Both the position numbers and the translations under genes were made by a program. Shown one piece after another: positions 51,640 through 60,285 of a DNA stretch of 64,000 nucleotides (the stretch's first letter is position 1; each line of letters begins with the position of its first letter). The stretch comes from Muribaculaceae bacterium. GTDB taxonomy: Bacteria > Bacteroidota > Bacteroidia > Bacteroidales > G3-4614. Location of the stretch: assembly GCA_017546805.1 (NCBI GenBank), contig JAFYRT010000075.1:20104-84103 (forward strand), written 5' to 3'. Under the pieces are notes generated by a model. The model made no database searches. It was not told the DNA's origin and was given only the letters and a program-made list of their open reading frames with translations.

Positions 51640-53556
51640 ATGGAAAAACTAAAAATGCAGACTGCTGATATGGCAGAGCGAAATATCAAGATGTTGGGAC
51701 AGATGTTCCCGAACTGCTTGACCGAGACCATCAATGCCGACGGTAAGTTGGTGCGTGCTATCGACTTCGATAAGTTGCGTCAAGAGTTGGCGTGTGAGGT
51801 TGTCGAGGGAGCCGATGAGCGTTATCAATTCACTTGGCCAGATAAGCGTGCTGCTATCCGTTTGGCAAATGCACCTATCAACAAAACCCTTCGTCCTTGT
51901 CGTGAGGAGAGTGTTGATTTCGACAACACCGAGAACCTCTATATCGAGGGCGACAACTTGGAGGTGCTGAAGTTGCTCCGTGAGAACTACTTGGGTAAGG
52001 TGAAGATGATTTACATCGATCCTCCATACAACACTGGTAACGACTTTGTCTATAACGATGACTTCGCACAGGGTAAGGCGGAGTTTGAGGCACAGAGCGG
52101 TCTGTTTGACGAGGAGGGACGCCGTATGGCAGACCCTATGGTGCAGAATACCGAGAGCAATGGTCGTTTCCATACCGATTGGCTCAATATGATTTATCCT
52201 CGCCTAAAAGTTGCCAAAGACTTACTCACTGACGATGGCGTTATCTTTATATCAATTGATGATAATGAGGTAAGAAACCTTCGCAATGTGTGTGATGAAG
52301 TTTTTGGAGAACAAAACTTTATAGCAAATCTAATATGGCAAAAGAAGTTTTCAAGAGCAAATGATGCTAAATATTTTTCTACAATGCACGACCACATATT
52401 ATGCTATTGTAAAGTTAATATTTACACATCTGATAACGGATGGCAAATTGGACTATTGCCAAGAGGAGAAGAAATACCAAGTGGTTATGCAAATCCCGAT
52501 AATGACCCAAGAGGAGTTTGGACATCTGTTATCTTATCAGCAAAGTCGGGGTCAGAAAGTCTTGTTTATGAAATAGAAACGCCAAGCGGACGCAAAGTTC
52601 TTCCTCCAAGTGGAAGATATTGGTGCTGTAATAAAGAGACTTTTGTAAAATGGAAAAATGACGGTCGTATTTGGTTTGGAGCAGACGGAAATGGAACTCC
52701 TCGCAAGAAAACATTTTTATCAGAGGTTCAAGATGGATTAAGACCAAATACAATTATTCTTCATTCTGAAGGTGGCCATAATCAAGAAGGCAAGCAGGAA
52801 ATGAAAGCACTTTTTGATGATATAGGAGTATTTGATGGTCCGAAACCGATAAGATTACTTCGTTATTTATCAACTATCGCAAATCTGAATGAAGATTCCA
52901 TTGTATTAGATTTCTTCTCTGGCTCTGCAACAACGGCACACGCTGTAATGCAGTTAAATGCCGAAGACGGTGGTAATCGCAAGTTTATTATGGTGCAACT
53001 ACCCGAAAAGACCGATGAGAAAAGCGAGGCTTATAAGGCTGGCTACAAGAACATCTGCGAGATAGGCAAAGAGCGTATCCGTCGTGCAGGACGCAAGATT
53101 AAGGAGGAGAACGCAACGAAGGAGGGTATCGAGCGACTCGATGTGGGCTTCCGTGTATTGAAACTCGATGAGTCGAATATGGCAGATGTATATTATACCC
53201 CTGCCGAGACTCCAATACAGACCACATTGAACTTTGATGCGTTGGTGGATAATATCCGTGAGGGACGCACAGCCGAAGACCTCTTGTTCCAAGTATTGCC
53301 TGAATGCAACTTACCTCTATCGAGCAAGATAGAGATACGAGAGATACACGGCAAGAAGGTGTTTATTGTGGAGGATGGCTACTTGATGGCTTGCTTCGAC
53401 AACGACATCAACGATGCTGTAATCACCGCCATAGCGAAGGAGAAACCATACTACTTTGTGATGTGCGATCGCTCGATTGCATCCGACAGCGTCGCCGACA
53501 ACTTCGACCAAATCTTCAACGCTTACAGCAAGGATACCGTTAGGAGGATATTGTAA
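51640..53556 (+). CDS. mod: type III-like (beta-class) DNA methyltransferase, Mod subunit
   Basis: 638-aa ORF with motif IV IYIDPPYNTGNDF preceding motif I VLDFFSGSATTAHA (beta permutation). The N-terminal FTWPDKR...TLRP...NLYIEGDNLEVLKLL is typical of type III Mod proteins. Confidence 0.85.
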   Translation: MEKLKMQTADMAERNIKMLGQMFPNCLTETINADGKLVRAIDFDKLRQELACEVVEGADERYQFTWPDKRAAIRLANAPINKTLRPCREESVDFDNTENLYIEGDNLEVLKLLRENYLGKVKMIYIDPPYNTGNDFVYNDDFAQGKAEFEAQSGLFDEEGRRMADPMVQNTESNGRFHTDWLNMIYPRLKVAKDLLTDDGVIFISIDDNEVRNLRNVCDEVFGEQNFIANLIWQKKFSRANDAKYFSTMHDHILCYCKVNIYTSDNGWQIGLLPRGEEIPSGYANPDNDPRGVWTSVILSAKSGSESLVYEIETPSGRKVLPPSGRYWCCNKETFVKWKNDGRIWFGADGNGTPRKKTFLSEVQDGLRPNTIILHSEGGHNQEGKQEMKALFDDIGVFDGPKPIRLLRYLSTIANLNEDSIVLDFFSGSATTAHAVMQLNAEDGGNRKFIMVQLPEKTDEKSEAYKAGYKNICEIGKERIRRAGRKIKEENATKEGIERLDVGFRVLKLDESNMADVYYTPAETPIQTTLNFDALVDNIREGRTAEDLLFQVLPECNLPLSSKIEIREIHGKKVFIVEDGYLMACFDNDINDAVITAIAKEKPYYFVMCDRSIASDSVADNFDQIFNAYSKDTVRRIL

Positions 53557-54749
53557 TGGAAATTAATCCAGACAACATAAAAGAGATTATCCAAAATAAT
53601 TGCCATAATATGGCTTTTATTATTGGCAATGGCATACATTACCAATACAAGGATTGTGACATTTCGTGGAATGATTTATTGATATCATTATGGGAAGAGT
53701 GTTTTGGTGAGAAATTAGAAATTCCCCAAGGTATATCAACTACTGAATTTTTTGACATTATAGAAATGAATTTCTATAAGAATAATAACTATGTGTCTAA
53801 TCCAAATAAAATTAAAAGTCATACAGTAAAGATAACAGACCTGCAAGATGTTAAATCTGATGATTTAGTGCAAATAATGTTTAAGTTGGCTGGCAAATCA
53901 TCGAATACAAACATTGTAAATAATAATGCAATAGAAGAGTTTCGTGATAAGCACGAAAAATTTGTAGAAAATTGCAGAAAGTGGTGTGAGGCAAATATTG
54001 AAGATACTGCAAATTTAACAAATGAGAATTGTGTTTTTCAAGTTCTAGATGTATTATCAAATGAAACAAAAAAGCAAATTGTAACAAATGCTATCAAGAA
54101 AACTGTTGCTAAGAAATTCCCATCTAAAGAAAGATGTAATTTGGATAAATGTATTCAAGGAATTAAGAAGTTAAATACACCAATTTTAACTACTAATTTT
54201 GATACATATATAAGTGAATCCATAGAAAAAACTAAACTAAAAATATTGAAAAACGGACAATATAAATTTACAGATTTCTATCCTTGGAATATGTGCTATA
54301 GTGATAAGAGTCTAGAAAATCCGTTAGATGGTTTTGCAGTATGGCATATTAATGGTATAGTTAAATATCCTAGAAGTATTAGACTCGGGTTAAGCGACTA
54401 TATGGGGTGTGTGGAGCGTGCTCGCAAAATGATACAGGGGACAAACTTGAACGAGTATTTTAGCGGCAAAAATCAAGTAGGTTGGAAAGGGTATAATACT
54501 TGGCTTCATATAATATTCAATAAATCGCTTTTTATATTTGGTCTAGGACTTGAAGAGAATGAAGTTTTTTTAAGATGGCTACTTATTCAGCGTGCTAAAT
54601 ACTTTAGAATGTATAATAAGACTTTTGGAGGTTGGTATGTAGATAAGGAAATAAAACCAGGAAAACGATTCTTCTTGGAACAATTAGGTTTTGAGGTAAT
54701 TGATATTTCCGATTATAAAACATTGTATCAAGCATTAGAAACACTATGA
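53556..54749 (+). CDS. SIR2-like (SIR2_2 family) protein, putative NADase effector
   Basis: 397-aa ORF with AFIIGNGIH (GxG), ILTTNFDTYISE (TTNxD), VWHINGIVKYPRSIRLGLSDY (HxxG...DY) and LFIFGLGLEENEVFLRWLL. The order and spacing match the SIR2_2 domain layout. Confidence 0.65.
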   Translation: MEINPDNIKEIIQNNCHNMAFIIGNGIHYQYKDCDISWNDLLISLWEECFGEKLEIPQGISTTEFFDIIEMNFYKNNNYVSNPNKIKSHTVKITDLQDVKSDDLVQIMFKLAGKSSNTNIVNNNAIEEFRDKHEKFVENCRKWCEANIEDTANLTNENCVFQVLDVLSNETKKQIVTNAIKKTVAKKFPSKERCNLDKCIQGIKKLNTPILTTNFDTYISESIEKTKLKILKNGQYKFTDFYPWNMCYSDKSLENPLDGFAVWHINGIVKYPRSIRLGLSDYMGCVERARKMIQGTNLNEYFSGKNQVGWKGYNTWLHIIFNKSLFIFGLGLEENEVFLRWLLIQRAKYFRMYNKTFGGWYVDKEIKPGKRFFLEQLGFEVIDISDYKTLYQALETL

Positions 54750-57700
54750 AGTTCAAATTTAAGATACAGCAATATCAGACCGATGCGGTAGAACGCACAG
54801 TGGAGGTATTCGAAGGACAGCCATCTATGGATAGTCTGACCTACCGCCGTGACCTCGGTAAGCGTGCTGCGACTTTGTATGATGACGAGTTGGAGATGGG
54901 CTACCGAAATAGCGAGATACAGTTGCTCCCCAAAGAGATACTCGCAAACATCCGTAAGGCACAGGCAGCAGGAGATATCAAGTTATCCGATTCGCTCGTG
55001 CCCAGCATAGGTGCGTGCAGTCTCGATATCGAGATGGAGACAGGAACGGGTAAGACCTATGTGTATATCAAGACGATGTTTGAGTTGAACAAGCGTTATG
55101 GTTGGAGCAAGTTTATCATTGTTGTGCCAAGTATCGCTATCCGTGAGGGTGTTGGCAAGAGTTTTGCTATGCTCGAAGACCATTTTATGGAACACTACGG
55201 CAAGAAGGCTCGTTGGTTTATCTATGACAGTAGCCGTTTGAAGAGTCTTGATGACTTTTCGAGCGATGCGGGTATCAATGTGATGATAATAAACACCCAA
55301 GCATTTGCAACGTCGCTCAAAGAGGGTGCAAAGAACAAGGAGAGCCGCATTATCTACTCAAAGCGTGATGACTTTGCAAGTCGCCGTCCGATTGATGTGA
55401 TTGCAGCGAACCGTCCTATTATCATTATGGATGAACCACAGAAGATGGAGGGAGAGGCTACACAGACCGCTCTTAAACGCTTTATGCCGTTGTTCATCCT
55501 TAACTACTCGGCAACCCATAAGACCAAGCACAACACCGTATATGCACTTGATGCACTTGATGCCTACAACAAGAAACTCGTAAAGAAGATTCAGGTTAAG
55601 GGCTTTGAGGTCAAGAACCTGAAAGGTGCATCAAGTTATCTATACATTGACAGCATCATCCTATCGAAGAACGACCCACCGATGGTTAAAATCGACCTTG
55701 AAATGAACACAGCGTCAGGCATACGCCGTAAGTCTATGAAGTTCGGTAAGGGAGATAAACTATATAGTGTTAGTGGTCTTAAACAATACGAGGGCTTCGA
55801 TATTGCAGAGATTAACCCATATACAGACACCGTTACATTTCTCAATGGCATAACACTCCGCAAGGGTGAAGTATTTGGAGATAGCAGCGAATTGGCAATG
55901 CAGCGTGTTCAGATTCGTGAGACCATCGTTTCGCACTTTGAGAAGGAGCGTGAATTGTTTGCACGAGGCATTAAGACACTATCGTTGTTCTTTATCGACG
56001 AGGTGGCGAAATACAAGAGTTATAATGCCGAAGGTGAGATTGAACAGGGTGTGTTCTGGAAGATGTTTGAGGAGGAGTATATCAGTATCCTCAATGAAAA
56101 TCTTTCGTTGTTTGACTCCGACTATCAGCAGTATCTACGCCGATTTGATGTGGGCGAAATACATAATGGCTACTTCTCAATCGACAAGAAGGGTCGTTCG
56201 GTAAATAGTGAAGTGAAGCGAGGTCGTGATACCTCGGACGATATATCGGCATACGACCTTATCTTGAAGAACAAGGAGCGTCTATTGAGTTTTGATGAAC
56301 CTACACGATTCATCTTCTCGCATTCAGCACTCCGTGAGGGTTGGGATAACCCAAATGTATTCCAAATCTGCACGCTCCGACACGCTAACTCTGCAACAGC
56401 CAAGCGTCAGGAGGTAGGTCGAGGTTTGCGTATCTGCGTGGATGCAAGTGGTAATCGTATGGACTTTGAGACTCTCGGCGAGAATATCCACGAGTTGAAC
56501 AAACTGACCGTGATTGCCAATGAGAGTTACAGCGACTTCGTAGGCGACTTGCAGCGTGAGACCCGTGATGTGCTCCGCGACCGTCCTACAAAGGCTGATG
56601 AGGCATACTTCACAGGCAAACTCGTATTTGTGGGTGATGACAAGCGTGCAATCACCGCAGAAGAGGCTAATTCTATCCGTGCCTACCTTTGGGATAATGA
56701 CTATATCGACGACAAGGGACAGGTTACAGAGCAGTATAAGACCGATTTGGCAGAAGGCAACCTTGCACCGATGTCCAAGAAATTGGCTCCTATGGCTGAC
56801 AGCATACAGTTATTGATTCGTGCATTGTATGATGATTCTGTGGCTATTGATTCAATGTTTGAGGATGGTAATGCTACCGTTGTCAAGGAGAATAAATTGA
56901 ACGATAACTTTGCCAAGGAGGAGTTCCAAGCACTCTGGAAGGAGATTAACCACAAATACGCCTACACAGTTCATTACAACAGCAATGAGTTGGTAGAAAA
57001 GGCTGTGTTGAACATAAACGCCAACCTCGAAGTTAATCAGTTGCGTTATGTAGTGGTTACGGGCGAGCAGGATAGTGTTGATGCCTTTGGCAGCACAACC
57101 TCTACCTCGAAGCGTGTAGGTGCAGTATCAACATCAACCGTTAAATATGACCTTGTAGGTGAGATTGCAAGAGGTGCAACATTGACCCGTAGAACGGTTG
57201 TAGAGATATTGAAGAAATTGAGGGGTGAGAAGTTGGCGATGTTTCAGAATAACCCAGAGGAGTTCATCCGCAATGTGGTTAAATTGATTAAGGAGCAGAA
57301 GGCTACAATGATTGTGGAGCACATATCATACAACCAGATTGAGGGTGGCTATGATAGCAGCATATTTACCCAAGAAAAGCAAAATCAATCATTCAGCAAG
57401 GCATACTCATCGAAGAAGCACATTATGGACTATGTATTCAGCGATTCGGATGGCGAGCGTAAGTTTGCATCGGCTCTCGATGGAGCATCAGAAGTATGCG
57501 TGTATGCGAAGTTGCCTCGTTCGTTCCAAATCCCTACACCAGTAGGCAACTATGCTCCTGACTGGGCGATTGCTTTAAATGAAGGTGTAGTTAAGCATAT
57601 ATTCTTTGTTGCAGAAACAAAAGGTTCGCTTGATAGTTTAGAACTTAGAGGTGTTGAAAAAGCAAAAACTGAATGTGCTAAAAAACTATTCAATCAGTTA

Positions 57701-57775
57701 TCTACTTCTTCAGTCAAATATGGTGTAGTTGACAAGTTTGAAAGTCTTTACGATGTGATTAATTCAATTGACTAA
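54746..57775 (+). CDS. res: type III restriction enzyme Res subunit (SF2 helicase + C-terminal PD-(D/E)xK nuclease)
   Basis: 1009-aa ORF with motif I METGTGKTYVY, motif II IIMDEPQKM, motif VI-like QEVGRGLRI and a C-terminal nuclease motif YAPDWAI...FFVAETKGS. Confidence 0.85.
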   Translation: MKFKFKIQQYQTDAVERTVEVFEGQPSMDSLTYRRDLGKRAATLYDDELEMGYRNSEIQLLPKEILANIRKAQAAGDIKLSDSLVPSIGACSLDIEMETGTGKTYVYIKTMFELNKRYGWSKFIIVVPSIAIREGVGKSFAMLEDHFMEHYGKKARWFIYDSSRLKSLDDFSSDAGINVMIINTQAFATSLKEGAKNKESRIIYSKRDDFASRRPIDVIAANRPIIIMDEPQKMEGEATQTALKRFMPLFILNYSATHKTKHNTVYALDALDAYNKKLVKKIQVKGFEVKNLKGASSYLYIDSIILSKNDPPMVKIDLEMNTASGIRRKSMKFGKGDKLYSVSGLKQYEGFDIAEINPYTDTVTFLNGITLRKGEVFGDSSELAMQRVQIRETIVSHFEKERELFARGIKTLSLFFIDEVAKYKSYNAEGEIEQGVFWKMFEEEYISILNENLSLFDSDYQQYLRRFDVGEIHNGYFSIDKKGRSVNSEVKRGRDTSDDISAYDLILKNKERLLSFDEPTRFIFSHSALREGWDNPNVFQICTLRHANSATAKRQEVGRGLRICVDASGNRMDFETLGENIHELNKLTVIANESYSDFVGDLQRETRDVLRDRPTKADEAYFTGKLVFVGDDKRAITAEEANSIRAYLWDNDYIDDKGQVTEQYKTDLAEGNLAPMSKKLAPMADSIQLLIRALYDDSVAIDSMFEDGNATVVKENKLNDNFAKEEFQALWKEINHKYAYTVHYNSNELVEKAVLNINANLEVNQLRYVVVTGEQDSVDAFGSTTSTSKRVGAVSTSTVKYDLVGEIARGATLTRRTVVEILKKLRGEKLAMFQNNPEEFIRNVVKLIKEQKATMIVEHISYNQIEGGYDSSIFTQEKQNQSFSKAYSSKKHIMDYVFSDSDGERKFASALDGASEVCVYAKLPRSFQIPTPVGNYAPDWAIALNEGVVKHIFFVAETKGSLDSLELRGVEKAKTECAKKLFNQLSTSSVKYGVVDKFESLYDVINSID

Positions 57776-57933
57776 CTTAACCAATATTCTAAAATTAAAT
57801 ATACCAACCATATAGCCTGCACTTCTGATCTGACACCAAAAAGTTTGGACAAAAAACTTTGGGGTTCACTTCAATACAATACAAAATTTATTTGAGTATT
57901 ATTGAGCATGAGCAGATTCAACAAACAATTTCT

Positions 57934-57961
57934 AACAACTAAAAACTAACAACTAACAACT
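57934..57961. repeat. tandem heptamer (AACAACT x4, one variant AAAAACT)
   Basis: Read directly as aacaact aaaaact aacaact aacaact, in the spacer between the res stop and the purU promoter. Confidence 0.8.
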
Positions 57962-58029
57962 ATAGTTTAGTTACGATAAGTAAAATTTGTGCAATTTATA
58001 CTTACTTTATGTAGTATTTATTGCACATT

Positions 58030-58044
58030 TTTTATTATCTTCGC
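58030..58044 (+). promoter_or_regulatory. promoter-like 15-mer TTTTATTATCTTCGC upstream of purU
   Basis: Identical to the 15-mers at 36557 and 38047. It ends 23 nt before the purU ATG. Confidence 0.45.
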
Positions 58045-58066
58045 AAATTGAATTAAATATATCGAT

Positions 58067-58942
58067 ATGCAAGAGAAAAAAACTAACGGTAAAAGTGCTA
58101 TTTTGTTGATGCACTGTCCCGACCAACCGGGTATTATTGCCGTTATGACTGAATTTATTACAAAAAACGGCGGTAATATTCTTTACCTTGACCAATATGT
58201 TGATCGCAGCAACAAGATATTTTTTATGCGATTAGAGTGGGATTTAGAAAACTTCATTATCCCTCAAGATAAGATAGAGGAGTTCTTTGGTACTTTATAC
58301 GGCCAAAAATATAATATGAACTTTACTCTTTATTTCAGCGACCAAAAGCCTAAAATGGCAATTTTTGTTTCAAAGATGTCGCACTGTATTTACGACCTTT
58401 TGGCTCGTTATGCAGCAGGGGAGTGGGATGTTGAAATTCCTATCATCATTAGTAACCACCCCGACATGGAGGTTGTTGCTAAACAGTTTGGTATTGAATA
58501 TGCTTATTTTCCTATAACTAAAGAGAACAAAGCCGAACAAGAGGCTAAAGAGATTGCGTTGCTTAATGAGAAAGGTGTTACATTTATTGTTCTTGCTCGT
58601 TACATGCAAATTCTTTCGCCAGAGTTTATTGATTTGTATCCTAACAAGATTATCAATATTCACCACTCATTCCTTCCTGCTTTCGTAGGTGCTAAACCTT
58701 ACCATGCAGCCTTTGAACGTGGTGTTAAATTGATTGGTGCTACAAGCCACTATGTTACAAGCGACTTGGATGCGGGTCCAATTATTGAACAAGATATTTC
58801 GCGTATCTCTCACAAGGATACTATCGATAATCTTATTGGTAAGGGTAGGGATTTGGAGAAGATTGTTCTTTCTCGTGCCGTTGCTAAACACATTGAAAGA
58901 AAGATTCTTGTTTACAAAAACAAAACTATTGTTTTTAACTAA
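58067..58942 (+). CDS. purU: formyltetrahydrofolate deformylase
   Basis: 291-aa ORF with an N-terminal ACT-like domain (LLMHCPDQPGIIAVMTEFI) and a formyltransferase core (IINIHHSFLPAF, SHYVTSDLDAGPII). Confidence 0.9.
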   Translation: MQEKKTNGKSAILLMHCPDQPGIIAVMTEFITKNGGNILYLDQYVDRSNKIFFMRLEWDLENFIIPQDKIEEFFGTLYGQKYNMNFTLYFSDQKPKMAIFVSKMSHCIYDLLARYAAGEWDVEIPIIISNHPDMEVVAKQFGIEYAYFPITKENKAEQEAKEIALLNEKGVTFIVLARYMQILSPEFIDLYPNKIINIHHSFLPAFVGAKPYHAAFERGVKLIGATSHYVTSDLDAGPIIEQDISRISHKDTIDNLIGKGRDLEKIVLSRAVAKHIERKILVYKNKTIVFN

Positions 58943-58953
58943 GATAAACATAA

Positions 58954-59544
58954 ATGAAGGTTGTTATAATTAAGTACAATGCCGGCAATATATTTTCGGT
59001 ATATTGTGCCTTAAAAAGGGTTGGCGTTGATGCTATTATAACAGATGATAAAGATATTATCAGAAGTGCCGACAAGGTTATATTCCCTGGTGTTGGCGAG
59101 GCTGCTTCGACAATGAAGTATCTTAAAGAGCATGGTTTGGACGAGGTTATTAAAAGCCTTAAGCAACCTGTTTTGGGAATATGTATTGGCATGCAGTTGA
59201 TGTGTAGCCACTCGGAGGAGGGCAATGTTGATTGTTTGGGTATTTTTGATGCTGAGGTAAAGAGGTTTTCTCCTCGATGCCACGCAGATAAAGTTCCTCA
59301 TATGGGATGGAACAGCATTACAAACATTAACGATTCTGTTTTTAACTGCAATGTTAATAACGAGTTTGTTTATTTTGTTCATAGCTATTACGTTCCTTTA
59401 TGTAACGAAACGGTTGGCTGTTGCGACTATATTCAACCCTTTAGTGCGGTGCTTAAAAAGGATAACTTTTACGCCACTCAATTCCACATTGAGAAGAGCG
59501 GTAGCGTAGGAGAGATGATTTTAAAAGGATTTTTAGATTTATAA
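58954..59544 (+). CDS. hisH: imidazole glycerol phosphate synthase, glutamine amidotransferase subunit
   Basis: 196-aa ORF with the class-I GATase Cys context ([11 protein letters not shown]) and HSY/FH..E motifs. Confidence 0.9.
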   Translation: MKVVIIKYNAGNIFSVYCALKRVGVDAIITDDKDIIRSADKVIFPGVGEAASTMKYLKEHGLDEVIKSLKQPVLGICIGMQLMCSHSEEGNVDCLGIFDAEVKRFSPRCHADKVPHMGWNSITNINDSVFNCNVNNEFVYFVHSYYVPLCNETVGCCDYIQPFSAVLKKDNFYATQFHIEKSGSVGEMILKGFLDL

Positions 59545-59548
59545 AATA

Positions 59549-60280
59549 ATGATTGAGCTTGTTCCTGCCATTGATATTATTGACGGTAAATGTGTGAGAT
59601 TGTCGCAAGGCGATTATGCACAAAAAACCGTTTATTCGGCACAACCCGAAGAGATGGCAAAGCTTTTTGAGGGGAGCGGTGTTAAACGATTGCACGTTGT
59701 TGATTTGGATGGTGCAAAGAGCAAACACATTGTAAACTATAAGGTTCTTGAGCGTATTGCTACTCAAACCAACTTGGTTATTGACTTTGGTGGCGGTTTA
59801 AAAAGCGATGATGATTTGAGAATTGCTTTTGAGAGCGGTGCAGCGATGGTTACGGGTGGCAGTATTGCCGTTAAAGAACCCGAAACATTCTTGTCGTGGA
59901 TTAACCGTTATGGTGCAGACAAAATTATTTTGGGTGCTGATGCCAAAGACAAGAAAATAGCTGTAAGCGGTTGGTTAGAGAACTCTGATTTGGAGCTTAT
60001 TCCTTTTGTTGAGGAGTATTTGAAACTTGGAGTTAAAAAGTGTATTACTACCGACATCAGTAAAGACGGAATGCTAAAAGGACCTTCTATTGAGTTATAC
60101 AAGGAGATGCAACAGGTTCTTCCCGAATTGTATATTATTGCAAGTGGTGGTGTTGCATCAATGGCTGATATTGAGGCTTTAGACGAAGCAAACATCCCTG
60201 CTGTCATATTCGGAAAGGCATTTTACGAGGGACGCATAACTATTAAAGATATTGAAAATTATATAATTGCAAACAAATAA
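59549..60280 (+). CDS. hisA: ProFAR isomerase
   Basis: 243-aa ORF with [13 protein letters not shown] and VVDLDGA motifs and a (beta/alpha)8 HisA layout. Confidence 0.9.
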   Translation: MIELVPAIDIIDGKCVRLSQGDYAQKTVYSAQPEEMAKLFEGSGVKRLHVVDLDGAKSKHIVNYKVLERIATQTNLVIDFGGGLKSDDDLRIAFESGAAMVTGGSIAVKEPETFLSWINRYGADKIILGADAKDKKIAVSGWLENSDLELIPFVEEYLKLGVKKCITTDISKDGMLKGPSIELYKEMQQVLPELYIIASGGVASMADIEALDEANIPAVIFGKAFYEGRITIKDIENYIIANK

Positions 60281-60285
60281 GAAGT

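Noticed and set aside
51649-52173. 174-aa minus-strand ORF, together with several other ORFs of 60-112 aa on the opposite strand or in other frames across 51.6-57.5 kb
   Set aside because: They lie entirely inside the motif-supported Mod and Res genes and cluster in the GC-richer blocks, where stop codons are rare. Their translations are low-complexity (Leu/Arg/His/Cys-rich) with no motifs. I treat them as shadow ORFs.
46819-57775. Classifying the operon as DISARM, BREX or Thoeris
   Set aside because: DISARM needs DrmA (helicase) plus DrmB (DUF1998), and usually DrmC; none is present. BREX needs PglZ/BrxC/PglX-type genes, also absent. Thoeris needs a TIR partner (ThsB), which is absent too. 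Only individual domains are shared.
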